A stretch of 64,000 nucleotides of DNA from assembly GCA_937901915.1 (NCBI GenBank), contig CALGUD010000150.1, positions 6,067 through 70,066 on the forward strand, read 5' to 3'. Source of the stretch: an uncultured Flavobacteriaceae bacterium. Lineage in GTDB: Bacteria > Bacteroidota > Bacteroidia > Flavobacteriales > Flavobacteriaceae. Of the stretch, positions 36,992 through 46,473 are shown one piece after another. The stretch's first letter is position 1, and each line of letters begins with the position of its first letter. The position numbers and the translations under genes are program-made. The notes under the pieces were generated by a model. That model did not search any database. It was not told the origin of the DNA and saw nothing but the letters and a program-made list of their open reading frames with translations.

Positions 36992-37777
36992 ATGGAAAAC
37001 GAAAAAGAAATTATAAGTCTTATAATATATATAAGCATACTCATAGTAATTCTTGTTGTATTTGTGGTTACATTTTTTTTGGCGTATCAGCGTAGAAAAA
37101 CACAACTTCTGATTGAGAAAGCAGATGAAAAACAAAAGTTTGAGTCAGAGTTAACCCTGGCACAAACGGAAATACAGGAGCAGACTTTTAAAAATATAAG
37201 CTGGGAGCTACATGATAATATAGGCCAGTTATTATCTGTAGCCAAGTTGCAATTAAATATGTTGCAGTCAAATATCCCGGAAGCATACAAAACCAATTAT
37301 AATGAAGCCTCCGAAGTATTGGGAAAAGCACTTAAAGAACTCAGGCAATTATCAAAAACCCTGAATACCGATTTTGTGTCGAGCATAGGTTTACAGGAAT
37401 CATTAGAAACTGAGATAGACAGGTTTAAAAGAATAAATTTCCTGGATATTGAATACAACGCAAAAGGGGAAAATGTTGAAATTGACAAAAAAAATGAAAT
37501 CATTATTTTTCGGATTTTCCAGGAATGTTTTTCTAATGTGGTTAAATATTCTAAGGCCACCAAACTGGACGTTGTATTGGATTATAGGAAAAAAGAGCTT
37601 TTTATCTCGGTAGTTGATAACGGTATTGGTTTTGACACTGATCTGGTTGAAAAAGGTACAGGCCTTATGAACATGCGTAAACGGGCGGAACTAATAAATG
37701 CAAATTTTTTAATAGAAACTGAAAAAAACAAGGGGGTTTCCATAACTTTGACATATCCTTACAAGCAACCAGACTAA
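36992..37777 (+). CDS. sensor histidine kinase, HisKA_3 type, single TM, no extracytoplasmic domain
   Basis: 261 aa. One N-terminal TM helix (IISLIIYISILIVILVVFVVTFFLAY), H-box WELHDNIGQLLS, and a HATPase_c C-terminus (DNGIGF...GTGLMNMRKRAE). Confidence 0.85.
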   Translation: MENEKEIISLIIYISILIVILVVFVVTFFLAYQRRKTQLLIEKADEKQKFESELTLAQTEIQEQTFKNISWELHDNIGQLLSVAKLQLNMLQSNIPEAYKTNYNEASEVLGKALKELRQLSKTLNTDFVSSIGLQESLETEIDRFKRINFLDIEYNAKGENVEIDKKNEIIIFRIFQECFSNVVKYSKATKLDVVLDYRKKELFISVVDNGIGFDTDLVEKGTGLMNMRKRAELINANFLIETEKNKGVSITLTYPYKQPD

Positions 37778-37779
37778 AA

Positions 37780-38424
37780 ATGAAAACACACACCATAGCA
37801 ATAGTAGACGATCACCGGCTTTTTGCGCAATCCTTAGAGGCATTAATATCTTCTTTTGGCAATTATGAAATAGCATTCTATGCCGGCAACGGAAAGGAGT
37901 TCATTAACTCATTAAAAGAATACGGAAAGAATCCTGATATAGTTTTGTTGGATATCAATATGCCTGTAATGAATGGTATAGAGACCATGGCGTGGATAAA
38001 AGAAAATAAGCCGGAACTCAAAACAATTGCATTGTCTATGGACGATAGTGAGGAAACTATCATTAAAATGCTCAGGGAAGGGGCAAAAGGCTACCTTTTA
38101 AAAGATATTCATCCCGATGTTTTTAAGAAAGCAATAACGGATGTGATTGAAAAAGGATTTTATTATTCTGATAATATTACAAATGCCTTATTGGACTCTA
38201 TTGATAAAAAAGAGAAAGACGATTCCATAAAACTCAAGGAAAGAGAAGTCGAATTTTTAAAATTAGCCTGCACAGAAAAAACGTATAAAGAAATAGCCGG
38301 CATAATGTTTCTTTCACCTAAAACCATTGACGGTTATCGCGAAGCCTTATTTGATAAACTGGATGTAAGAAGTAGGATAGGACTGGTGTTGTACGCGATC
38401 AAGAATAAGTTCATTGAAGTTTAG
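37780..38424 (+). CDS. NarL/FixJ-family response regulator (REC + LuxR HTH)
   Basis: 214 aa. Receiver domain (IAIVDDH...LLDINMP) and a C-terminal LuxR-type HTH (REVEFLKLACTEKTYKEIAGIMFLSPKTIDGYR). Confidence 0.9.
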   Translation: MKTHTIAIVDDHRLFAQSLEALISSFGNYEIAFYAGNGKEFINSLKEYGKNPDIVLLDINMPVMNGIETMAWIKENKPELKTIALSMDDSEETIIKMLREGAKGYLLKDIHPDVFKKAITDVIEKGFYYSDNITNALLDSIDKKEKDDSIKLKEREVEFLKLACTEKTYKEIAGIMFLSPKTIDGYREALFDKLDVRSRIGLVLYAIKNKFIEV

Positions 38425-38433
38425 CTTGAGGTT

Positions 38434-38465
38434 GTTTAATCGTTTAACTGTTTAATCGTTTAATT
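38434..38465. repeat. 8-mer tandem repeat (gtttaatc/gtttaact) x4
   Basis: Units are gtttaatc, gtttaact, gtttaatc, gtttaatt, read directly. Confidence 0.85.
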
Positions 38466-38473
38466 GAAGATTT

Positions 38474-38529
38474 GTTAATTGTTAATTGGAATTTGGAATT
38501 TGGAATTTGGAATTTGGAATTTGGGATTT
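38474..38529. repeat. 7-mer tandem repeat: (gttaatt)x2 (ggaattt)x5 (gggattt)x1
   Basis: Five perfect ggaattt units at 38488-38522. Two more units lie at 38622-38635. Reverse-complement copies (aaattcc, aaattcg) lie at 24743-24756. Confidence 0.9.
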
Positions 38530-38615
38530 TCAATCTTCAATTTTAAATTAGTATCCGACATCGGTTATCAAACACCCGTCATCCAACATAATTCATAATT
38601 CTGCATTCTGAATTC
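38516..38615. repeat. ~100-bp intergenic repeat element, copy E2 (inverted relative to E1)
   Basis: tttgggattttcaatcttcaattttaaattagtatccgacatcgg..atcaaacacccgtcatccaacataattcataattctgcattctgaattc is the reverse complement of E1, with a few substitutions and small indels. Confidence 0.8.
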
Positions 38616-38656
38616 ATCATTGGAATTTGGAATTTAGTATTCTTAGTCTTTGTGCA

Positions 38657-38720
38657 ACACCGGACATCAAACATCCGTCATCCAACTAATTCATAATTCT
38701 GCATTCTCCATTCTGAATTT
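38657..38720. repeat. partial third copy (E3) of the intergenic repeat
   Basis: acaccggacatcaaacatccgtcatccaactaattcataattctgcattctccattctgaatt. Same orientation as E2 and covers only the ~60-bp half. Confidence 0.75.
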
Positions 38721-38755
38721 TCGTAACTTTGCACTCTGAACTCCACACTCATAAC

Positions 38756-40126
38756 TTAAAAAAACTTCCCCACCCACCTGGCAAACCACATCTTTTTTTC
38801 GTATGGAGCATAACGGAGCTTAATATCCAGCCAGTTACCTCTTTTAACTACAGGTTTATGATGTGAAAAGGTATCAAAGCTACGTTTACCATGATAAGCA
38901 CCAATACCACTATGGCCAACACCTCCAAAAGGTAAATTTTTATTTGCAAAATTAATAAGGGTATCATTTATAACACCTCCACCAAAGGAATATTTGTTAA
39001 TCATTTTTTTAATGAATGATTTTTGGGTAGAAAATATGTATAGGGATAAAGGCTTGTCATACAATGAAATAATTTCATCAATATGGTCTTCATCATCATA
39101 AGCAATGACAGGAAGCAAGGGTCCGAAAACTTCTTCTTTCATAATTTCGCTATCCATTGCAGGTTCGTCAATAACTGTTGGCGAAATATATAATTGTTCT
39201 ATATCGGTTTCACCGCCAATAACTATGGTGCCTTTTGAAAGCATATTACACAACCTCTCAAAATTCTTTTTGTTAACTATCCTTGCAAAATCTTTTGAAA
39301 GAACCGGGTCATCCCCATAAGCTTTATTAATTTCTACTTTCAAAGCCTGTAAAAAATCAAATTTAATTTTAGGATGTATAAGAATATAATCCGGGGCAAT
39401 GCATGTTTGCCCTGCGTTTATAAATTTTCCCCATGCAATTCTCCTGGCGGCCAGAGGTATATTGGCAGATTCATCAATTATACATGGATTTTTACCTCCT
39501 AATTCCAACGTAACCGGTGTTAAATATTCAGCGGCTGCTTTATAAACAATTTTTCCAACCTCTACACTTCCGGTGAAAAAGATATAATCCCACCTTTCTT
39601 TTAATAGTGCCTGTGAAACTTCCACCCCGCCTTCAACAACAGTAACGTGATTAGTGTTAAAAACTGCACTAATAATTTCTGAAATGATCTTGGAGGTATG
39701 TGGTGTTAATTCAGAAGGTTTTAAAACAACTGTATTTCCAGCCGCTACTGCAGCTGCAAGGGGTGCCATAGCTAGTTGGAACGGGTAATTCCACGGCGAA
39801 ATTACCAATACAGTTCCATAAGGTTCTTTATAAATCTTATCTGTAGATGGAAAATTAGCCAAAGATGGTGCAACACGTTCCGGCCTGGACCAACGCCCCA
39901 TATTTTTTATCAGCTCTGTTATTTCGGCCAGTACAAACTGTGTTTCGGTTACTAGTGATTCAAATTCAGGTTTTTTAAAATCAGCATAAAGTGCATTGCA
40001 GACTTCTTTTTCCCTTTCAAGTATTTTCTTCTTTAATTTTTTCAATACTGCTTTCCTGAAGGAAATAGATTTAGTTTCCTGCATGCTAAAATATTCTTTC
40101 TGCTCTTTTAAAATTTCCTTTATCAT
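38756..40126 (-). CDS. aldehyde dehydrogenase (ALDH3-like, fatty/aromatic aldehyde)
   Basis: 456 aa. Motifs ELGGKNP and GQTCIAPDY (catalytic Cys). Confidence 0.85.
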   Translation of the reverse strand: MIKEILKEQKEYFSMQETKSISFRKAVLKKLKKKILEREKEVCNALYADFKKPEFESLVTETQFVLAEITELIKNMGRWSRPERVAPSLANFPSTDKIYKEPYGTVLVISPWNYPFQLAMAPLAAAVAAGNTVVLKPSELTPHTSKIISEIISAVFNTNHVTVVEGGVEVSQALLKERWDYIFFTGSVEVGKIVYKAAAEYLTPVTLELGGKNPCIIDESANIPLAARRIAWGKFINAGQTCIAPDYILIHPKIKFDFLQALKVEINKAYGDDPVLSKDFARIVNKKNFERLCNMLSKGTIVIGGETDIEQLYISPTVIDEPAMDSEIMKEEVFGPLLPVIAYDDEDHIDEIISLYDKPLSLYIFSTQKSFIKKMINKYSFGGGVINDTLINFANKNLPFGGVGHSGIGAYHGKRSFDTFSHHKPVVKRGNWLDIKLRYAPYEKKMWFARWVGKFF

Positions 40127-40224
40127 GGTAACAGGTAGACTAACATTTGTTTTAAATTGATGGAATTATAAATAATTTGATAAAAATAGCACATACATTT
40201 CAAAAATTAGAAAATTCTGCCTAA

Positions 40225-40302
40225 CATTGCACTGTTAAAAATAAACTCATCGTTATTAATATAACTATTGTAAATAGTGTCACAGTCGTAATTAATCCCT
40301 AA
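40225..40302 (+). promoter_or_regulatory. Ile/Val-rich leader reading frame of an ilv attenuator (no canonical start codon)
   Basis: The frame reads HCTVKNKLIVINITIVNSVTVVINP* between stops at 40222 and 40300. The last 18 codons include 5 Ile and 5 Val. Hairpin aatcc/ggatt (40294-40308) spans the stop codon. Confidence 0.45.
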
Positions 40303-40338
40303 AGGATTGGTGCAGCCTGTTATGCTTATAATTTAAAG

Positions 40339-40375
40339 CCTGTATCAATGAAGTTGATTCAGGTTTTTTGTTTTT
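40339..40375 (+). terminator. attenuator terminator upstream of ilvD
   Basis: Stem cctgtatcaa/ttgattcagg (one T:T mismatch), loop tgaag, followed by TTTTTTgTTTTT. An alternative pairing of 40307-40315 (ttggtgcag) with 40340-40348 (ctgtatcaa) would act as an antiterminator. Confidence 0.65.
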
Positions 40376-40541
40376 AAGTTTTTTAGAAAGGTTGAATATG
40401 ATAACTTTTTAATTTTAACATTTTGATTGTCAATACATTAAACTTTCTAAGGAATGATTGAATTTAAATTAAAACAATCAAACGGTTATCTTAATAGAGA
40501 GTTTTAAAATAATTTAGTTTTATAATAACATAGAAGAGTAA

Positions 40542-42224
40542 ATGCAAATGCTTAACAAATTTAGCCAACAAGTAACACAAGATCCTACGCAACCGGCTGC
40601 ACAAGCCATGTTACATGCTTTGGGACTAACTGATGAAGACTTACAAAAACCATTAATCGGAATTGCAAGTACAGGATATGAAGGAAATCCATGTAATATG
40701 CACTTAAATGATTTATCGGTTCATGTAAAAAAAGGAACCGAAGAGGCAGGATTAATCGGACTTATTTTTAATACTATTGGTGTAAGTGATGGTATTTCTA
40801 TGGGTACTCCCGGAATGCGATTTTCATTACCATCGCGGGATGTTATTGCAGATTCGGTAGAGACTGTGGTGCAGGCTATGTGTTATGACGGCGTAATTAC
40901 TGTTGTTGGATGTGACAAAAATATGCCAGGTGCCTTAATGGGAATGTTACGGTTAAACAGGCCGGGGATTCTTGTATATGGAGGAACTATAGCAGCAGGA
41001 TGTGGCACAGGGGGAAAAAAACTGGATGTAGTTTCAGCTTTTGAAGCCTGGGGTGAAAAAGTTGCAGGAACCATTACTGAAAAAGAATTTAAAAATGTGA
41101 TTCATAATGCATGCCCGGGAGCAGGAGCCTGCGGGGGTATGTACACAGCAAATACAATGGCATCGGCTATTGAAGCTATGGGAATGGCACTTCCTTTTAA
41201 TTCTTCAAATCCGGCCGTAAGTAATGACAAAGAAAGCGAATGTGTTGAAGCAGGGAGAAAACTTCGTTATCTTCTGGAAAATGATATAAAACCTTTGGAT
41301 ATTGTTACAAAAAAATCACTTGAAAATGCATTCAGGCTGGTAACTATCCTCGGAGGTTCAACCAATGCAGTACTACATTTATTAGCGATAGCAAAAGCTG
41401 CACAAATTGATTTTACTTTAGACGATTTTCAAAGAATAAGTGATAATACACCTTTTATAGCTGACCTGAAGCCCAGCGGTAAATACGTAATGGAAGACCT
41501 TCATCATGTGGGCGGTATTCCGGCGGTATTAAAATATATGTTGAAAAAGGGCTTACTTCACGGTGATTGTTTAACCGTAACAGGAAAAACACTGGCCGAA
41601 AACCTTTTAGATGCTCCTGACCTTAAAGAGGGGCAAGAGATTATTAAAACCTTAGAAAATCCAATAAAAGAAAGCGGACACCTGCGCATTTTGTATGGTA
41701 ACCTGGCTTCTGAAGGAGCTGTGGCTAAAATTACAGGAAAAGAAGGGTTGAGTTTCTCCGGAAAAGCAAAAGTATTTGACGGGGAGTTCCTTGCCAATGA
41801 CGGCATACGAACTGGCAAAGTAGAAAAAGGAGATGTTGTGGTTATTCGTTACGAAGGCCCTAAAGGCGGGCCCGGAATGCCGGAAATGCTTAAACCAACT
41901 GCAGCTATTATGGGTGCGGGACTTGGAAAATCAGTAGCACTGATAACAGACGGAAGGTTTTCAGGTGGGTCTCACGGATTTGTCGTCGGCCATGTGTCGC
42001 CAGAGGCACAAGACGGAGGAACTATTGCATTGGTGGAAGATGGGGACATCATTACCATAGATGCAGTAAAAAACAGTATTAACGTAGAGATTTCAGAGGA
42101 AGAATTGCAAAAAAGAAGAGCCAGATGGAAGCAGCCGCCTTTAAAATTTGAACGCGGGGTGTTGTATAAGTATGCAAAAACAGTTTCCTCAGCTTCAAAA
42201 GGCTGTGTAACCGATGAATTCTAA
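40542..42224 (+). CDS. ilvD: dihydroxy-acid dehydratase
   Basis: 560 aa. Fe-S ligand region CDKNMPG. The start could instead be the second Met at 40548. Confidence 0.95.
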   Translation: MQMLNKFSQQVTQDPTQPAAQAMLHALGLTDEDLQKPLIGIASTGYEGNPCNMHLNDLSVHVKKGTEEAGLIGLIFNTIGVSDGISMGTPGMRFSLPSRDVIADSVETVVQAMCYDGVITVVGCDKNMPGALMGMLRLNRPGILVYGGTIAAGCGTGGKKLDVVSAFEAWGEKVAGTITEKEFKNVIHNACPGAGACGGMYTANTMASAIEAMGMALPFNSSNPAVSNDKESECVEAGRKLRYLLENDIKPLDIVTKKSLENAFRLVTILGGSTNAVLHLLAIAKAAQIDFTLDDFQRISDNTPFIADLKPSGKYVMEDLHHVGGIPAVLKYMLKKGLLHGDCLTVTGKTLAENLLDAPDLKEGQEIIKTLENPIKESGHLRILYGNLASEGAVAKITGKEGLSFSGKAKVFDGEFLANDGIRTGKVEKGDVVVIRYEGPKGGPGMPEMLKPTAAIMGAGLGKSVALITDGRFSGGSHGFVVGHVSPEAQDGGTIALVEDGDIITIDAVKNSINVEISEEELQKRRARWKQPPLKFERGVLYKYAKTVSSASKGCVTDEF

Positions 42225-42307
42225 ATAATATTTCTTTTTGAAAGTCATCGGTCCAATAAATGGGGCCCGTATGACCGAGAAAAAGAGAGCTTCATAATAA
42301 AAGCATT

Positions 42308-44041
42308 ATGGAAACAAAAACCTTAAAGAAAGAAACAACAAAAGTGGAAAAGAATATTCGCATATCAGGAGCAGAAGCCGTAATCAGGTGCCTTTTAGAA
42401 GAAGGGGTAGATCTTTTGTACGGTTACCCGGGAGGTGCGATTATGCCTATCTACGATGAGTTATACAAGTTCAGGGATAAATTACATCATGTACTAACAC
42501 GCCATGAACAAGGGGCAACACATTCCGCTCAAGGTTATGCAAGGGTTACTGGCAGAGTAGGGGTGGCTATGGCCACTTCAGGACCTGGAGCAACCAATCT
42601 TGTAACAGGAATTGCTGATGCTCAAATTGATTCAACGCCCATGGTGTGCATTACCGGCCAGGTAGCCAGGCACCTTTTAGGTTCCGATGCATTCCAGGAA
42701 ACGGATATTGTCGGAATTTCAACACCGGTTACTAAATGGAGTTATCAAATTACTGAGGCTTCTGAAATACCGGAAATAATGGCAAAGGCTTTTTACATAG
42801 CCCGTTCTGGGCGTCCAGGGCCAGTATTGGTTGATATCACCAAGAATGCTCAAATTGAACAATTTGATTTTAGTTATAAAAAATGCATAGGCATCCGCAG
42901 TTATAAACCACAACCCGTAATTAATAAATCTAAGGTAGAAGAGGCAGCAAATATTATCAATAATGCTAAAAAACCTTTTATTGTTTTTGGTCAGGGGGTA
43001 ATTCTGGGCCATGCAGAAGAAGAGTTGAAAGCTTTGATTGAAAAAGCCGGAATACCAGCTGCCTGGACCATATTAGGATTGTCTGCATTACCTACTGCCC
43101 ATCCGCTCAACGTTGGGATGGTTGGTATGCATGGAAATTATGCTCCTAATTTGCTAACCAATGAATGCGACGTACTCATTGCCCTCGGAATGCGATTTGA
43201 TGACCGGGTAACAGGCGATTTAAAAACCTACGCTAAACAAGCTAAGGTTTTACATTTTGAGATTGACCCTGCTGAAATAGACAAAAATGTTAAAACAGAA
43301 GTCGCCATTTTAGGTAATGTTAAAGAATCACTTCGTCAACTAATCCCGTTGGTTAAAGAAAACAAACACGAAGCCTGGCATGAAGAATTTAAAAAGAAAT
43401 ATACCATTGAATATGATGCAGTTATAAAAAATGATATTCATCCTACTAAAGATGGTTTAACTATGGGGGAAGTGCTTGAGCAAATTAATTTAGCTTCAGG
43501 CGATGACGCCATTATTGTATCAGATGTTGGACAACACCAGATGTTTGCCTGCCGTTATGCCAGGTTTAAACAATCCAAGAGTAATGTAACTTCCGGAGGA
43601 TTGGGAACTATGGGGTTTGCACTTCCGGCTGCAATTGGAGCTAAAATGGGTGCTCCGGACAGGGAAGTAGTGGCTATTATAGGTGATGGTGGTTACCAGA
43701 TGACCATACAGGAACTTGGAACCATTTTTCAAACAAAAGTACCGGTTAAAATAGTAGTCCTCAATAATGATTTCCTCGGAATGGTACGTCAGTGGCAACA
43801 ATTGTTTTTCGATAGAAGATATGCTTCAACAGAAATGACGAACCCGGACTTTATCACCATAGCTAAAGGATATCATATTCAGGCAAGGCGTGTTAAGAAG
43901 CGTGATGAACTGGCAGAAGCTGTTAAGGAAATGATTGCATCCAAAGATGCCTATTTCTTAGAGGTATGTGTTGAGAAGGAAGATAATGTTTTCCCTATGA
44001 TACCTTCAGGCGCTTCAGTTACAGATGTAAGATTAAGTTAA
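42308..44041 (+). CDS. ilvB: acetolactate synthase large subunit
   Basis: 577 aa. ThDP motif GDGGYQM...NN. Confidence 0.95.
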   Translation: METKTLKKETTKVEKNIRISGAEAVIRCLLEEGVDLLYGYPGGAIMPIYDELYKFRDKLHHVLTRHEQGATHSAQGYARVTGRVGVAMATSGPGATNLVTGIADAQIDSTPMVCITGQVARHLLGSDAFQETDIVGISTPVTKWSYQITEASEIPEIMAKAFYIARSGRPGPVLVDITKNAQIEQFDFSYKKCIGIRSYKPQPVINKSKVEEAANIINNAKKPFIVFGQGVILGHAEEELKALIEKAGIPAAWTILGLSALPTAHPLNVGMVGMHGNYAPNLLTNECDVLIALGMRFDDRVTGDLKTYAKQAKVLHFEIDPAEIDKNVKTEVAILGNVKESLRQLIPLVKENKHEAWHEEFKKKYTIEYDAVIKNDIHPTKDGLTMGEVLEQINLASGDDAIIVSDVGQHQMFACRYARFKQSKSNVTSGGLGTMGFALPAAIGAKMGAPDREVVAIIGDGGYQMTIQELGTIFQTKVPVKIVVLNNDFLGMVRQWQQLFFDRRYASTEMTNPDFITIAKGYHIQARRVKKRDELAEAVKEMIASKDAYFLEVCVEKEDNVFPMIPSGASVTDVRLS

Positions 44042-44048
44042 AAACAAG

Positions 44049-44579
44049 ATGGATACTAATAAAACGTTTACCATATCAGTATATTCAGAAAATAATATTG
44101 GATTACTCAACAGAATTTCCGGCATTTTTTTGAAAAGGCACATAAATATAGAAAGCTTAAATGTTTCAGGCTCAGAAATAGATAATGTTTCCAGGTTTGT
44201 GATAGTTATTAATTCTACTGAAGACTGGGCCCGAAAAATTGTTGGTCAAATTGAAAAGCAAATCGAAGTCATTAAAGCTTTTTATCATACGGATGAAGAA
44301 ACTATTCATCAGGAAACTGCTTTATTTAAAATAGCTTCTCACCTGCTTTTTGATGAGCGCCAGATACAAAATATAATTAAAGATAGTAACTCGCAAATAG
44401 TTACGGTTTCACGTGACTTCTTCGTGATTTCAAAAGCAGGCCGTCGTAAGGAAATAGAAGAAGTATATGATCTTTTAAAACCTTTTGGTATCATGCAATT
44501 TGTACGTTCGGCACGAATATCAGTTTCTAAAGAAGAAATGCGAATAAGCAGTATTTTAAAAGAATTTCAGGAACAATAA
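44049..44579 (+). CDS. ilvN: acetolactate synthase small (regulatory) subunit
   Basis: 176 aa. N-terminal ACT domain (ISVYSENNIGLLNRISGIF). Position directly after ilvB. Confidence 0.85.
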   Translation: MDTNKTFTISVYSENNIGLLNRISGIFLKRHINIESLNVSGSEIDNVSRFVIVINSTEDWARKIVGQIEKQIEVIKAFYHTDEETIHQETALFKIASHLLFDERQIQNIIKDSNSQIVTVSRDFFVISKAGRRKEIEEVYDLLKPFGIMQFVRSARISVSKEEMRISSILKEFQEQ

Positions 44580-44616
44580 ATAAAATAAATTAAATCAATT
44601 AAATCTAACAGAGAAA

Positions 44617-46086
44617 ATGGCAAATTATTTTAACACCCTTTCTTTAAGACAGCAGTTGCTGCAACTTGGAGTATGCGAGTTTATGGATCAATCAGAATTC
44701 AGCGATGGTGTAAATAAATTATTAGGGAAAAAAATAGTGATTGTAGGATGTGGCGCACAGGGTCTTAACCAGGGTTTAAATATGAGAGATTCAGGCTTGG
44801 ACATCTCATATGCTTTACGGGAAGATGCTATTAAAGAAAAACGGCAATCCTACTTAAATGCTTCTGAAAACGGATTTAATGTTGGTACATACAAGGAATT
44901 GATTCCAACAGCTGACCTGGTTTGTAATCTTACACCGGACAAACAACATACAGGTGTAGTTAATGCAGTTATGCCTTTAATGAAAAAGGGATCTACCTTG
45001 TCATATTCTCATGGTTTCAACATTGTAGAAGAAGGAATGCAAATACGTGAAGACATTACGGTTATTATGGTTGCGCCTAAATGCCCGGGGTCTGAAGTGA
45101 GAGAGGAATATAAAAGAGGTTTTGGTGTACCTACCCTTATCGCAGTTCATCCGGAAAATGATCCTGAAGGAAAAGGCCTGGAACAGGCAAAAGCATATGC
45201 AGTTGCCACTGGTGGACATAAAGCCGGTGTTTTACGCTCTTCATTTGTAGCTGAGGTAAAATCAGATTTAATGGGTGAACAAACCATTCTTTGCGGACTT
45301 TTACAAACAGGATCTATTCTTTGTTTTGATAAAATGATTGAAAAAGGAATCGATGCAGGATATGCTTCAAAACTTATTCAGTATGGATGGGAGACCATTA
45401 CAGAAGGATTAAAGCACGGTGGTATTACGAATATGATGGACAGGTTGAATAATCCTGCTAAAGTGGAAGCTTTTAGGTTATCAGAAGAATTAAAAGATAT
45501 TATGCGTCCGCTGTTTCAAAAGCATATGGATGATATTATGAGTGGCCATTTTTCTAAAACAATGATGGAAGATTGGGCCAATGATGACAAGAATCTATTA
45601 AAATGGCGTAAAGAAACAGGAGAAACTGCTTTTGAGAAAACTCCGGCTGCCAATGTTGAAATATCGGAACAGGAATATTATGATCATGGAGTGTTAATGG
45701 TTGCTTTGGTAAAATCAGGAGTTGAATTGGCTTTTGAAACCATGACCGAAGCAGGAATTATAGAAGAATCCGCCTATTATGAGTCGCTTCATGAAACACC
45801 TCTTATTGCAAATACTATTGCAAGAAAGAAATTGTTTGAAATGAACCGGGTAATCTCCGATACTGCTGAGTATGGTTGTTACTTATTTGACCATGCATGC
45901 AAACCCTTATTGGCAGATTTTATGAAAAAAGTTGATACAAACGTAATTGGTAAACCATTTGCTACAGATAATGGAGTTGACAATAAACAACTCATAGAAA
46001 TTAACAGTGAAATCAGAAACCATCCTATTGAAGAAGTAGGAGAGTGGTTAAGGGCTTCAATGACTGCAATGAAGAAAATTGTATAG
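44617..46086 (+). CDS. ilvC: ketol-acid reductoisomerase (long, class II-like)
   Basis: 489 aa. NADPH-binding motif [17 protein letters not shown]. Confidence 0.95.
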   Translation: MANYFNTLSLRQQLLQLGVCEFMDQSEFSDGVNKLLGKKIVIVGCGAQGLNQGLNMRDSGLDISYALREDAIKEKRQSYLNASENGFNVGTYKELIPTADLVCNLTPDKQHTGVVNAVMPLMKKGSTLSYSHGFNIVEEGMQIREDITVIMVAPKCPGSEVREEYKRGFGVPTLIAVHPENDPEGKGLEQAKAYAVATGGHKAGVLRSSFVAEVKSDLMGEQTILCGLLQTGSILCFDKMIEKGIDAGYASKLIQYGWETITEGLKHGGITNMMDRLNNPAKVEAFRLSEELKDIMRPLFQKHMDDIMSGHFSKTMMEDWANDDKNLLKWRKETGETAFEKTPAANVEISEQEYYDHGVLMVALVKSGVELAFETMTEAGIIEESAYYESLHETPLIANTIARKKLFEMNRVISDTAEYGCYLFDHACKPLLADFMKKVDTNVIGKPFATDNGVDNKQLIEINSEIRNHPIEEVGEWLRASMTAMKKIV

Positions 46087-46220
46087 TCCTTTCTTTTTTC
46101 TTTTGAGGAGAATTTGGTTTATGGAGTAAATTAATATTAGTGAATAATATGTGGCTTTTTTTAAATGGAGAAAGTTATAAATGATCATCATTAAAAATAC
46201 ACCACGCCAACCAAAACCGG

Positions 46221-46274
46221 AGGATGTTTTAAGGGCTACTGCTGTACTTTTCAGCACAGCAGTAGCGGCATCCT
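46221..46274. other. long imperfect hairpin downstream of ilvC
   Basis: Perfect 11-bp inner stem gctactgctgt/acagcagtagc (46235-46245 / 46256-46266). Outer stem aggatg/catcct (46221-46226 / 46269-46274). No U-tract follows. Confidence 0.6.
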
Positions 46275-46324
46275 TAACTACTTGTGTTCTAAAGAAAATT
46301 TTAATTATACAGTACAAATCTGAA

Positions 46325-46368
46325 CCGGCTTCAAACTTTAATAAAAGTGAAAGCTGGCTATTTTTTTT
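46325..46368 (+). terminator. probable terminator of the ilv operon
   Basis: Imperfect stem ccggcttc/gaaagctgg followed by cta and TTTTTTTT (46361-46368). Confidence 0.45.
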
Positions 46369-46473
46369 CGACTAGTAATAATAAGTGGAGTTATTTCAAT
46401 TTTTAGTGTGATCTGTTACATGAATTGATTAATTTCGAAGAGACATACAATAAATTTAATTAATATTGACAAA

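Noticed and set aside
38474-38529. Regularly spaced short repeats that could be mistaken for a CRISPR array
   Set aside because: The unit is only 7 bp and strictly tandem with no unique spacers. There are no cas genes in the window. It is a microsatellite, not a CRISPR array.
46057-46375. Two small ORFs (86 aa on the minus strand, 64 aa on the plus strand) downstream of ilvC
   Set aside because: They are mirror images across the long palindromic hairpin at 46221-46274, which automatically creates open frames on both strands. Neither has a supporting motif.
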